Shown piece after piece: positions 8,988 to 17,556 of a stretch of DNA of 64,000 nt. The notes beneath the pieces are model-generated. The model ran no database searches. It was not told the origin of the DNA and saw only the letters and a list, made by a program, of their open reading frames with translations. The translations under genes and the position numbers were made by a program. The DNA is taken from IMG/VR virus record IMGVR_UViG_3300027963_000039. One strand, written 5' to 3'. The stretch comes from a virus. Positions within the stretch are counted from its first letter, which is position 1. The number at the start of each line of letters is the position of its first letter.

Positions 8988-9232
8988 TTTTGAGATCATA
9001 TTACTATCTCCGTGAAGCCAAATTGCGTTTGGAGAACGCCAAGCAGGCCATTGACATGATGGGCGGTGAGGATGAATGCCAACCAATGTTGCTTGGCCAA
9101 AGAGACATGTTGGAACTAGAGGTTGATTATTACCGAAAAGAATCTCGGAAGTTTACCATATTTTTATTGACTTTCGTTTTATTTTCGTGTACAATTGGTT
9201 ATCTTTACTTGAAAGGGTTGATTGATGTTTGA
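8978..9232 (+). CDS. hypothetical protein with C-terminal TM helix
   Basis: coiled coil then hydrophobic stretch; start codon uncertain. Confidence 0.55.
   Translation: MGLILRSYYYLREAKLRLENAKQAIDMMGGEDECQPMLLGQRDMLELEVDYYRKESRKFTIFLLTFVLFSCTIGYLYLKGLIDV
9167..9195 (+). promoter_or_regulatory. sigma70-type promoter inside a CDS
   Basis: TTGACT-17 nt-TACAAT. Confidence 0.5.
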
Positions 9233-9494
9233 TAAAATCTGTGCGTGGGTTAACAACCACACAATCGGTTTGTTTGTAATTGCTTTGGTGGGTACCTGTC
9301 TCGCAACTATTATTTCTTTAGTTGAAGTGGTACGTAAACCTCCTCAACTTGTTTCATTTAACGAAAGCAGCATACAAAACAAATTAGTTTGGTCTGTAAA
9401 AAATGAATGTTATTTTGTTCGACCATATAGTGCCGATGTTGTATATTTAATTCGTGTACAAGATTGTGATAAAAGCGAGAAAATTACCAAATGA
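9222..9494 (+). CDS. hypothetical membrane-anchored protein
   Basis: N-terminal TM helix, paired Cys in the C-terminal part. Confidence 0.6.
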   Translation: MMFDKICAWVNNHTIGLFVIALVGTCLATIISLVEVVRKPPQLVSFNESSIQNKLVWSVKNECYFVRPYSADVVYLIRVQDCDKSEKITK

Positions 9495-9667
9495 AACCAG
9501 GCAAAGATTTTAGACTAAGCAAAACAACCAAACGTATGTTGGCTTTGATGAAAGTATCGGAAGAAAAACGCAATTTGTGGAAATCTCTGATGATATCCGG
9601 TGAGTTGGCCGAAAAATTGGCCAAAAATTCAAAATTTAATGTTAAATCTAACCAAGGAGATGAGTGA
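9491..9667 (+). CDS. small basic protein (58 aa), not in ORF track
   Basis: MKPGKDFRLSKTTKRMLALM...NQGDE*, overlaps neighbouring stop and start codons. Confidence 0.6.
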   Translation: MKPGKDFRLSKTTKRMLALMKVSEEKRNLWKSLMISGELAEKLAKNSKFNVKSNQGDE

Positions 9668-9945
9668 TGAGTTTATTTGTAGAAGTTGAAAGTGTTGATA
9701 AGAATTGTAAAGTGATTATCAATTTAGATGAAGTAGTTGAAATTGCTCCTCTTGTTGAAGGTGGTTGTGCTCTATTCTTTGCTGATAATGCGGGTACCAA
9801 TTCAAAAAGTGCCATCAAAGTAAAAGACAGTTATGATCAATTCAAACAATTCGTAATGCAAACCGTGACAGCTGAAGATATCAGCAAAAAAGTCAAATCA
9901 ATTAAATCACAAACAAGTCAGCCAATGGAAATTCCTAAACTATGA
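9664..9945 (+). CDS. hypothetical protein
   Basis: 93 aa ORF with AGGAG SD. Confidence 0.65.
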   Translation: MMSLFVEVESVDKNCKVIINLDEVVEIAPLVEGGCALFFADNAGTNSKSAIKVKDSYDQFKQFVMQTVTAEDISKKVKSIKSQTSQPMEIPKL

Positions 9946-10124
9946 CAAAATTTACATTCATTTGCGAAGATGATCCTTTTCCATTTTGCGATCAGGTTAC
10001 GTCTAAAAAGACAGTTGAGTTTTCAGCTGAATCTTTACACAATGTAATTCAAGAATTCGAATTGTTTTTAAAAGCTGCCGGTTTTCACTTCAACGGAAAC
10101 CTGGATTTTGTAAATGATGAATGA
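9942..10124 (+). CDS. hypothetical protein
   Basis: 60 aa, FELFLKAAGFHF motif. Confidence 0.6.
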   Translation: MTKFTFICEDDPFPFCDQVTSKKTVEFSAESLHNVIQEFELFLKAAGFHFNGNLDFVNDE

Positions 10125-10401
10125 TGTATTTCTTTCTACACTTCAATGGATAAAAAATGATTGGAACTCTAATCGTGTTCGCTTTATTGCCGAGCTTGCT
10201 GCTTGGGCTATTAGTATTGGGTGTAGCATTACAATGGCACTTACCGTACCAAATCCTCCCCTCTTGGTTCTTTATCCTGTGTGGATTGCTGGCTGCGCTA
10301 TCTATGCTTGGGCTGCTCATACTCGGAAATCTTTTGGCATGTTGGCTAACTACCTGCTTCTCGTAACAATTGATACTGTTGGTTTAATTAGGATGTTATA
10401 A
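10114..10401 (+). CDS. small multi-pass membrane protein
   Basis: three hydrophobic helices. Confidence 0.65.
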   Translation: MMNDVFLSTLQWIKNDWNSNRVRFIAELAAWAISIGCSITMALTVPNPPLLVLYPVWIAGCAIYAWAAHTRKSFGMLANYLLLVTIDTVGLIRML

Positions 10402-10451
10402 TATGACGACTATGAGCAAAAAACACTTGGAGAAAAATATGGTAGTAAACC

Positions 10452-11024
10452 ATGACATTTGAAACTATTGTTATTGATGATGTATTGCCAAAAGAATATG
10501 CCGATAAGATAGAAAAAATACACACTAGTGGATACTTTCCTTGGATTTTCAACGTTGATATGACTTTGCCAAAAGAGTTAAGAACAAAACTGCCTAATTA
10601 TATTAACACTCCAGGATTTACTCATGTATCGTTACATCTTAAAAAACCAGTTAGTCAATACATTAACCAATTTGCCAAAATAGTTTATTATACTTTACAT
10701 AAAATAAAGTATACAAAAGGTTATAAAATAAATGTTTGTCGTTCCTTTATGTTGTTGCCAACTCCTAAAGTTCAGGAATTTACAACTAAACATATAGATA
10801 CGGAAACACCTCATTTGGTTATTTTATATTATGTGAATGATGCCGATGGAGATACCTATTTCTTTGGTAAAGAAAAAGATAGTGAACTGGTACAAAAAGT
10901 TTCGCCTCGAAAAAATCGAGCTGTAATTTTTGACGGATCAAATTACCATGCAAGTAGTTTGCCAACCAACAAACATAGAATTGTAATAAACTTTAATCTT
11001 GAAATTAAAAATGATGATCTATGA
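10452..11024 (+). CDS. 2OG-Fe(II) oxygenase
   Basis: HID...LYYVNDADGDT...H.S...R.VINFN facial-triad pattern. Confidence 0.85.
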   Translation: MTFETIVIDDVLPKEYADKIEKIHTSGYFPWIFNVDMTLPKELRTKLPNYINTPGFTHVSLHLKKPVSQYINQFAKIVYYTLHKIKYTKGYKINVCRSFMLLPTPKVQEFTTKHIDTETPHLVILYYVNDADGDTYFFGKEKDSELVQKVSPRKNRAVIFDGSNYHASSLPTNKHRIVINFNLEIKNDDL

Positions 11025-11629
11025 ATATTTTTTATCTTGACAATCATCCACAAACGTGTGCAGAAATGCACATTGATAAACATTGTGTAAAAATGATACT
11101 TGAATATGCACAATTACTCTCAACTGCTCACCGTGTTCTTGACGGCACTCTTATCAACCGCCTCAGTGCTTCTGGCCGTAAACAAAAAGCATATGTACTT
11201 GCCGATAACCGTGAGTCCACTCTTTACTCTGCTACTCATATCAATCACCCATCGGCAGTTTGGGTAAGGCAATCCCGTGACAATTATGTGTGGTTATGGA
11301 AATTGTTAGAATCATTATGTAAAGAATATACATATCGTTATGGTAAAGTACATAAAGTTGAACGGGATGGACTACTTGAAGAATTAAGATTCGTTCCTTC
11401 AGGAATCAAAGAACATCCTAAATTTACAGAACCAACACCAGCAATGCCTGATGAGTGCAAGGTTGAGAATGATTCTATTTCTTCTTATCGTAACTACTAC
11501 TTCTTAAAAAAGAAGCACATCATATCTTGGAAAGGTAAGATAAATAGTAGGATGCAACCTAAATGGTACAGTGAATTGGCCTTAGATGCCTTACATGAAG
11601 AAAGTATAAAACTTGGACTGGAGTATTAA
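11021..11629 (+). CDS. pyrimidine-dimer DNA glycosylase / endonuclease V family protein
   Basis: MNIFYLD, DKHCVKMILEYAQLLSTAH, THINHPSAVW, EYTYRYGKVH. Confidence 0.75.
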   Translation: MNIFYLDNHPQTCAEMHIDKHCVKMILEYAQLLSTAHRVLDGTLINRLSASGRKQKAYVLADNRESTLYSATHINHPSAVWVRQSRDNYVWLWKLLESLCKEYTYRYGKVHKVERDGLLEELRFVPSGIKEHPKFTEPTPAMPDECKVENDSISSYRNYYFLKKKHIISWKGKINSRMQPKWYSELALDALHEESIKLGLEY

Positions 11630-11910
11630 TGCCAACATATGATTTCTTGAATAGTGAAACAAACGAAGTTGAAGAACATCGTATGTCATATACAGAATAT
11701 GACGATTTCATAAAAAATAATACACATCTAACAAGGTATTTCTCAGCAGAAAATCTACCTATTCTTGGTGATGGTATGCGAATGAATACTCCTGGTGTAG
11801 GAAAACCAGATTCCACGTTTGAAAAATACGTCATTAATCGTATGAAGGAAACTATTCCCGGAAATACAATTAAAGGTGGCCACAAAACGAAAGCACCGAG
11901 AGAATGGTAA
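11629..11910 (+). CDS. FmdB-like regulatory protein lacking the zinc-ribbon Cys residues
   Basis: MPTYDF start typical of this T4-like gene. Confidence 0.55.
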   Translation: MPTYDFLNSETNEVEEHRMSYTEYDDFIKNNTHLTRYFSAENLPILGDGMRMNTPGVGKPDSTFEKYVINRMKETIPGNTIKGGHKTKAPREW

Positions 11911-12024
11911 TGAGTCAAATTCCAGCACTATTCAGACCTTTCAAAGGAGAACAATTTGAGAATAAAGTTCCCCCCGTAGAAAAAATCCCCCGCCTGTTGA
12001 ACGATAACAAAAAGAGGGAGTCCT

Positions 12025-12192
12025 ATGAGCAAAAAAAGAATGATGTCAAAAGCACAGCGGCTTTACTACGAATCTCAGAAGAAGGAAAAAATAAGGCAAG
12101 CACTAGATGAGTGGGCCAAACAGGAAAAAGAATCCAATAGGATAGAAAAATACAAATCATATAACCCACACGACATATCATACTTTACATAA
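12025..12192 (+). CDS. small basic protein (55 aa), not in ORF track
   Basis: GAGGGAG SD, MSKKRMMSKAQR...SYFT*, TAATG coupling to 12192. Confidence 0.55.
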   Translation: MSKKRMMSKAQRLYYESQKKEKIRQALDEWAKQEKESNRIEKYKSYNPHDISYFT

Positions 12193-12848
12193 TGTTTAAT
12201 TATTGCCCACCCAAAGATTTACCTGACTTATTCTCTGAAACATTTCCTGATGGAAAAAGATATTACAAATTGGCTGATGGTACGAAATTGCCATCAGTCA
12301 CTACTGTACTAGGCGCCATGAAAAAGGAAGCAATCAGTTTATGGCGTAAACGGGTGGGTGAAGTTGAAGCGAATAAGATAACCAAAAAGGCCACAGGTCG
12401 TGGCACGAATGTTCACACTCTTTGTGAACGATATCTCAACAACGAAGATATGGGCACAATGATGCCTGATGCTTTGGAGATGTTCTATTCATTGAAACCA
12501 CTACTCAATAGAATAAATAACATACATTACCAAGAACAGGCATTATGGTCAACACAACTAGGTCTTGCTGGTCGTGTAGATTGTATTGGTGAGTTTGATG
12601 GTTCTTTATCTGTTATTGATTTTAAAACCTCTAGAAAAATAAAAACAAAAGTACAGATTGAAGATTATTTTTGGCAAACCGCAGCATATGCTTTGATGTA
12701 TGAAGAACTTATTGGCAAACCAATTAATAATCTAGTTGTTATTATGGCTGTAGAAGATGAACAACCTATATTATTCCAAGAAAAAACAGAAGATCATATT
12801 GATGGCCTTGTGAAGGCTATTAAATACTATAAGGACCAATATAAATGA
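12192..12848 (+). CDS. PD-(D/E)XK exonuclease of T4-like phages
   Basis: PSVTTVL, RGTNVH, E, AGRVD, IDFKTS, QTAAYA motifs. Confidence 0.85.
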   Translation: MFNYCPPKDLPDLFSETFPDGKRYYKLADGTKLPSVTTVLGAMKKEAISLWRKRVGEVEANKITKKATGRGTNVHTLCERYLNNEDMGTMMPDALEMFYSLKPLLNRINNIHYQEQALWSTQLGLAGRVDCIGEFDGSLSVIDFKTSRKIKTKVQIEDYFWQTAAYALMYEELIGKPINNLVVIMAVEDEQPILFQEKTEDHIDGLVKAIKYYKDQYK

Positions 12849-13282
12849 AAAAATTCTTAATTGCCTTGAGCATTTGTTGTGCATTGCCAGTATTTGCTCA
12901 ACAACAAAAAGCAGGTGTAACATACAATGCAACTTTAACCAGAGTTATCGATGGTGATACAGTAGCGTTTCAAGCATTATGGTTGCCTGAACCTTTGAAG
13001 AAAGAATTATCTATTCGTGTCTATGGTGTCGATACACCAGAAAAAGGATTTCGTGCTAAGTGTCCGCAAGAAGATGCTAAAGGTCAAGCTGCATCACAGT
13101 TCACCAAAAAGATGGTAGAACAATCAACTACTCGCCAAGTGGTACTAATGGATTGGGACAAATATGGTGGTCGTGTACTGGGTGATGTATTACTCAACGG
13201 TCAATCCTTACGTTCCATGTTGATCCAACAAGGTTACGCAAGAGAATATTATGGTGAGGCAAAACAATCTTGGTGTGACTGA
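12845..13282 (+). CDS. staphylococcal nuclease (thermonuclease) homolog with signal peptide
   Basis: RVIDGDT, RVYGVDTPE, DKYGGRVLG; N-terminal Sec signal. Confidence 0.85.
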   Translation: MKKFLIALSICCALPVFAQQQKAGVTYNATLTRVIDGDTVAFQALWLPEPLKKELSIRVYGVDTPEKGFRAKCPQEDAKGQAASQFTKKMVEQSTTRQVVLMDWDKYGGRVLGDVLLNGQSLRSMLIQQGYAREYYGEAKQSWCD

Positions 13283-13289
13283 TTGGCTG

Positions 13290-13318
13290 TTGACAAAATA
13301 TAAATAATCCTGTATACT
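13290..13318 (+). promoter_or_regulatory. tmRNA promoter: sigma70 promoter with a nested T4 late promoter
   Basis: TTGACA-17 nt-TATACT, with TATAAATA at 13299-13306 inside the spacer. Confidence 0.8.
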
Positions 13319-13324
13319 TAATAG

Positions 13325-13628
13325 GTATACAAGTTATTGCTGTATGAAGCAAAGAGAAAAGTGTTCTGGACGGGGGTGCGAATCCCCCCAGGTCCACCAA
13401 TTATCTATTTTTATCCTAAACGGATAATTATCTGGATTAAATAAAATTGGATAATTGATGGGCCTGCATAGTTTCGACAGGGCAAAGAGTAACAGAGTGG
13501 ACAGCACGACAGCGATAGTCGTAAAAACTAAACAAAAGTAAACGCAAACGACTCACAGTTCGCATTAGCAGCCTAAACGCCGCTTAGGGTTTTTGGTAGT
13601 TTATCCTCGTAACAGAATTAAACTGCCT
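13325..13628 (+). ncRNA. ssrA: circularly permuted (two-piece) tmRNA, tag ANDSQFALAA
   Basis: T-arm and CAGGTCC-A-CCA end at 13399, upstream of the 5' strand GGGCCTG (13460); 7-bp acceptor stem with G3.U70; tag ORF 13544-13576; outer ends approximate. Confidence 0.93.
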
Positions 13629-13696
13629 AAATAAAATTACTATCAACACACACAAGATGATAGTAAAACACATAAACACACACAAAGGAGATTAAA

Positions 13697-13972
13697 ATGA
13701 GTATGACACCCTATGAAATTCGCCTCGAACTTTTAAAAATGGCGAAAGAAATGCTGTCTGACGATTACTACGGTAAACGTGAAGTCATCAGCAACGAATG
13801 GTCAACCAAGGTCGAAGAAGCCAAAATTAACGGCACACCTTCACCATCACATCCAGGTTTTCCATCATTCCCCTCAGAAGAAGAAATCATCAGAAAAGCA
13901 GAAATGCTCAATGGTTTCGTTTCTCAGCTCACACAACAACCAGAAGTGAAAACGAAAAAATCTAGTTCGTAA
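13697..13972 (+). CDS. conserved T4-like hypothetical protein
   Basis: TPYEIRLELLKMAK...PSEEEIIRKAEMLNGFVS; AAGGAG SD. Confidence 0.75.
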   Translation: MSMTPYEIRLELLKMAKEMLSDDYYGKREVISNEWSTKVEEAKINGTPSPSHPGFPSFPSEEEIIRKAEMLNGFVSQLTQQPEVKTKKSSS

Positions 13973-14026
13973 TTGGGAAAAAACCGGCTTCGCATATGCG
14001 GAGTCGGCCATCTACAAGGAGAAAAG

Positions 14027-14548
14027 ATGTCAAAAAAAAGAAACGGCCTATTAATGGCGTTCTTAACACTAACTTTAATTGGTGTTAATTTTATCAACCC
14101 AACTTCAATGAGTTTTGCACAAGAAATTATTCGCCAAGAAGTCGTTGAAAATTTCAGTAAAGAATCAAATTGCTTGGCAGAAAATATTTACTATGAAGCT
14201 GCCAGCGAATCATTTGAAGGTAAATTAGCAGTAGCACAAGTAACAATCAATCGTGTTAAATCAGGTAAATTTGCAGATGATATATGTGGTGTGGTAAAAC
14301 AAAAAAGCAATATTAATGGTTCTATTGTCTGTCAGTTTTCTTGGGTATGTGATTCAGTTAAACACATTGTTAGAAACAAATACAAGTGGGAAGAATCTTT
14401 AATCGTAGCTAAAAAGGCACTAACAGAAGCAGTTGTTCACGATTTAATTGCAGAACAAAATGCAATGTATTACCATGCAAATTATGTTAATCCTGGATGG
14501 AAATTGAAAAGGGTTACTCAGATTGGTGCCCACATATTTTATAAGTGA
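14027..14548 (+). CDS. SleB/Hydrolase_2 cell wall hydrolase
   Basis: CLAENIYYEA, AVAQVTINRV, CQFSW, YYHANYVNPGW, IGAHIFY; AAGGAG SD before ATG 14027. Confidence 0.85.
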   Translation: MSKKRNGLLMAFLTLTLIGVNFINPTSMSFAQEIIRQEVVENFSKESNCLAENIYYEAASESFEGKLAVAQVTINRVKSGKFADDICGVVKQKSNINGSIVCQFSWVCDSVKHIVRNKYKWEESLIVAKKALTEAVVHDLIAEQNAMYYHANYVNPGWKLKRVTQIGAHIFYK

Positions 14549-14551
14549 TGC

Positions 14552-14580
14552 TTGCTTTTGCAACTCACATGATGTATAAT
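14552..14580 (+). promoter_or_regulatory. sigma70-type promoter for gp33-gp59
   Basis: TTGCTT-17 nt-TATAAT. Confidence 0.6.
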
Positions 14581-14607
14581 GATAATTTTGAATGAAATGG
14601 AATTGTA

Positions 14608-14829
14608 ATGCCAACTAAAGATGAGATTAAAGAATTCAGTTCTATGATTGAAGAATTGGCGACCAAACTAAGATGTACACGTATGGACGCCATTCTATAC
14701 CATTGTAAAGAAACTGAATTGGAAGTTGAAGTTGCTTCAACATTGATATCTTCCGCACTAAAGAGTGTTATTAAAGAGGAAGCTCAAGAAGCAAATATGT
14801 TGAGAAAGAGTTCACGTTTGCCTATATGA
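14608..14829 (+). CDS. gp33: late promoter transcription co-activator
   Basis: FS..IE...MDAIL.C...E.EVE....LIS..LK..I..EA..N.L pattern; synteny with gp59 and gp32. Confidence 0.8.
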   Translation: MPTKDEIKEFSSMIEELATKLRCTRMDAILYHCKETELEVEVASTLISSALKSVIKEEAQEANMLRKSSRLPI

Positions 14830-15431
14830 CAGAAAACACAGGCTTCGCAGCCTATGCTTTGTGGAATGCATTGAAGCTGCACTTTACATCGGACTCTTAC
14901 GACTATTTCAAATACAATGGAAAAACAAACGTTTCCAAGCAAACATTTTCCATAAGAAAAGATAAGTACCAGTTCTATAAACTTAGTCGTAAGTATAGTC
15001 TAGAAGAATTGCGGAACTTTTATGTTGCCAATTTTGTATATGGTAAGTCTGATTGGGTCGGCGAACTTTTACAAGATGGTAACGAAAACTATTTAAAGTG
15101 GCAAAAGATTATACAGAGCTTGACTTATACCTTTGAAAATGATATAGTACATCTGTTAGACGAAGTGGAAAAACCAAATGATTTACTTTTAGTGAAATCA
15201 AATGAGTTTCCAAAATTGTTACAATCTGTGATGAACTACAGTATCTCAATTGAAACTGTTATAATTTTAAATGATATTATGAATTTTTTTCCTATGTGGA
15301 AAAAACAAATTGATGATGATATTGTTTGGCCTGATTGGCAAAGAAGAATCGAAAAATATTCACCGTTTATACACTACGATAAATCCAAACTGAAAAACAT
15401 TTTGAAAGAAAAGATTAAAGAATATGCCTAG
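14826..15431 (+). CDS. gp59: helicase loader
   Basis: ALKLHFTSDSYDYFKYNGK, RKDKYQFYKL, ISIET motifs. Confidence 0.85.
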   Translation: MTENTGFAAYALWNALKLHFTSDSYDYFKYNGKTNVSKQTFSIRKDKYQFYKLSRKYSLEELRNFYVANFVYGKSDWVGELLQDGNENYLKWQKIIQSLTYTFENDIVHLLDEVEKPNDLLLVKSNEFPKLLQSVMNYSISIETVIILNDIMNFFPMWKKQIDDDIVWPDWQRRIEKYSPFIHYDKSKLKNILKEKIKEYA

Positions 15432-15915
15432 ATGTGAAATTTTTAACATTTATTTGGACATGGATGGCGTCATTGCTGACTTCAATAAAAGATATAAAGA
15501 ATTGTACGGGCTTTATCCACATGAAGCAGACACATACAAAATTTTTGATGGATTCTTTTTAGAATTCATTGCTGAAGGACATTTTGCAACGCTTGATTTG
15601 ATGCCTGATGCAATGTTGTTGATTGATTATTTGAAATCTTTACCAGTAAAAACAAAGATTTTGTCCTCAACATCTTCTGAATCTAAACACGAAGCCATTA
15701 AGGCACAAAAATTGATTTGGTTGCAAAAACACAATATTGATTTTGATCCGATCTTAGTGCCAGGAAAAAGACTAAAATGTAAATATTCCGACCCAAATTG
15801 CATACTGATTGATGATACCAAATCAAATATCGATCAATGGCAAGCTTATGGTGGAATTGCGATACACCATAGTGATATACATACTACTCTGGATATGTTG
15901 AAAAGATATGTTTGA
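15424..15915 (+). CDS. HAD-family 5'(3')-deoxyribonucleotidase-like protein
   Basis: YLDMDGVIADF, ILSS, LIDD, W...GGIAI. Confidence 0.8.
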   Translation: MPRCEIFNIYLDMDGVIADFNKRYKELYGLYPHEADTYKIFDGFFLEFIAEGHFATLDLMPDAMLLIDYLKSLPVKTKILSSTSSESKHEAIKAQKLIWLQKHNIDFDPILVPGKRLKCKYSDPNCILIDDTKSNIDQWQAYGGIAIHHSDIHTTLDMLKRYV

Positions 15916-15926
15916 TTGGAGAAAAA

Positions 15927-16520
15927 ATGATTAAAGATTTTATTGGTGTTTTTGAAAATACTTTGAGACCCGAAACTTGCGATTATTATATAAAACACTT
16001 TGAAAAATTAAAAGCCTTAGGATTTTCATATAAGAGATCAGCAAAAGAAAAAGGAAAATTACACAAAAGTGATGAATCTATAAATTTACTTGGTGGTGAT
16101 AGTCTTTCTATGTTGTTATTAGGTATCGGTGGCAAAAACGACCATACAAATCATTTTCATGAAATATTTTGGGAAAAGTATAACGAATATGCTGACACAT
16201 ATAGCATTTTGAGAACTTATCCACAACATGAAATGTTATCCATAAAAGTGCAAAAAACTCTACCCACAGAAGGTTATCATATTTGGCATTCGGAAAATTC
16301 GGCAGTAAACTCTCCTAGAGTTCTAGCTTGGATGATCTACTTGAATGATGTAAAAGAAGGTGGAGAAACAGAATTTTTATATCAAAGTGTTAGGGTCTCT
16401 CCAAAAAAAGGTACCTTAGTTATTTGGCCAGCAGCATTCACTCATGTACATAGAGGTAATCCTCCATTGAGTGGTACAAAATATATTATGACCAGTTGGT
16501 TGGAATATTGTCAACCATAA
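15927..16520 (+). CDS. 2OG-Fe(II) oxygenase (prolyl-hydroxylase-like)
   Basis: WHSE, YLNDVKEGGETEF, THVHRGNPP, KYIMTSW. Confidence 0.85.
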   Translation: MIKDFIGVFENTLRPETCDYYIKHFEKLKALGFSYKRSAKEKGKLHKSDESINLLGGDSLSMLLLGIGGKNDHTNHFHEIFWEKYNEYADTYSILRTYPQHEMLSIKVQKTLPTEGYHIWHSENSAVNSPRVLAWMIYLNDVKEGGETEFLYQSVRVSPKKGTLVIWPAAFTHVHRGNPPLSGTKYIMTSWLEYCQP

Positions 16521-16542
16521 TGGTAGACTTCTATGTTCTTGA

Positions 16543-16572
16543 TTGACAATCGCCTAAATAATATTATATAAT
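16543..16572 (+). promoter_or_regulatory. gp32 promoter
   Basis: TTGACA-18 nt-TATAAT with nested late-like CTAAATA. Confidence 0.6.
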
Positions 16573-16632
16573 GTATAAAGTGAAAACAATCCGTTCACAC
16601 ACCGTTAATACTCCGTTTATAAAGGAAATACT

Positions 16633-17520
16633 ATGAGTTCATTTGCAAACCTCAAACGCCAATCTGGCAATCTCGACAAACTCTCCAAAGCAATCGAAGC
16701 ACTCAACACCTCCGATGGTGGTGCAGAAAAGCAGGATAATTTCTGGCGACCAGAAGTAGATAAAGCTGGCAACGGCATGGCTACTATCCGTTTTCTTCCC
16801 GCACCAGCAGTTGATGGTGATGATGCATTGCCTTGGGTTAAAGTCTTTTCTCACGGGTTCCAAGGTCCTGGTGGTTGGTTAATCGATAACTGTTTGACCA
16901 CTAAGAATCAACAATGTCCCGTATGCGAACACAACACTTCCTTGTGGAATTCCGGCATCGAAGCTAACAAAGATGTTGTTCGTAAACAAAAACGTAAACT
17001 CAATTACATTGCAAACGTTTACATCGTTTCTGATCCTAAGCATCCAGAAAACGAAGGTAAAGTCAAACTGTTCAAGTTCGGTAAAAAAATCTTTGATAAG
17101 ATTACTGAAGCTATGAACCCACAATTTGAAGATGAAACTGCAATCAATCCATTTGATTTGTGGAAAGGTGCTAACTTCAAATTAAAGATTCGTAAAGTTG
17201 AAGGCTATCAAAACTATGATAAGTCTGAATTCGAATCTCCATCCGTTCTATTGGGCGATGATGATGAGATGGAAAAAATCTGGAAATCAGAATTCTCTTT
17301 ATCAGAGATGGTTTCGGAGAAAGAATTCAAAGCTTATGATGTACTCAAACAACGCCTAGACAAAGTTCTTGGCCTAAACGGCGAAGCACCCAAAACAACA
17401 GTCGAACAAGTAAAAGCTAAAAGCTTTGATGCACCAAAGAAAGCCGTTCAAGAACCGGCATTTGCTGAAGGTGACGATGATGACTTGTCGTACTTCTCAA
17501 AACTTGCTGAAGAAGAATAA
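16633..17520 (+). CDS. gp32: single-stranded DNA-binding protein
   Basis: AGNGMATIRFLP, HGFQGPGGW, C-x8-CPVC zinc site, acidic tail DDDLSYFSKLAEEE. Confidence 0.95.
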   Translation: MSSFANLKRQSGNLDKLSKAIEALNTSDGGAEKQDNFWRPEVDKAGNGMATIRFLPAPAVDGDDALPWVKVFSHGFQGPGGWLIDNCLTTKNQQCPVCEHNTSLWNSGIEANKDVVRKQKRKLNYIANVYIVSDPKHPENEGKVKLFKFGKKIFDKITEAMNPQFEDETAINPFDLWKGANFKLKIRKVEGYQNYDKSEFESPSVLLGDDDEMEKIWKSEFSLSEMVSEKEFKAYDVLKQRLDKVLGLNGEAPKTTVEQVKAKSFDAPKKAVQEPAFAEGDDDDLSYFSKLAEEE

Positions 17521-17556
17521 ATTGAATTGCGATAGGATTCTCTGAATCCTATGGTC

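Noticed and set aside
12192-12848. Cas4 / CRISPR adaptation gene
   Set aside because: Lacks the four-Cys Fe-S cluster pattern and fits the common T4-like PD-(D/E)XK exonuclease
13365-13399. Possible tRNA-Ala gene
   Set aside because: Only a T-arm and 3' acceptor strand are present; the 5' strand lies downstream, which is explained by the permuted tmRNA
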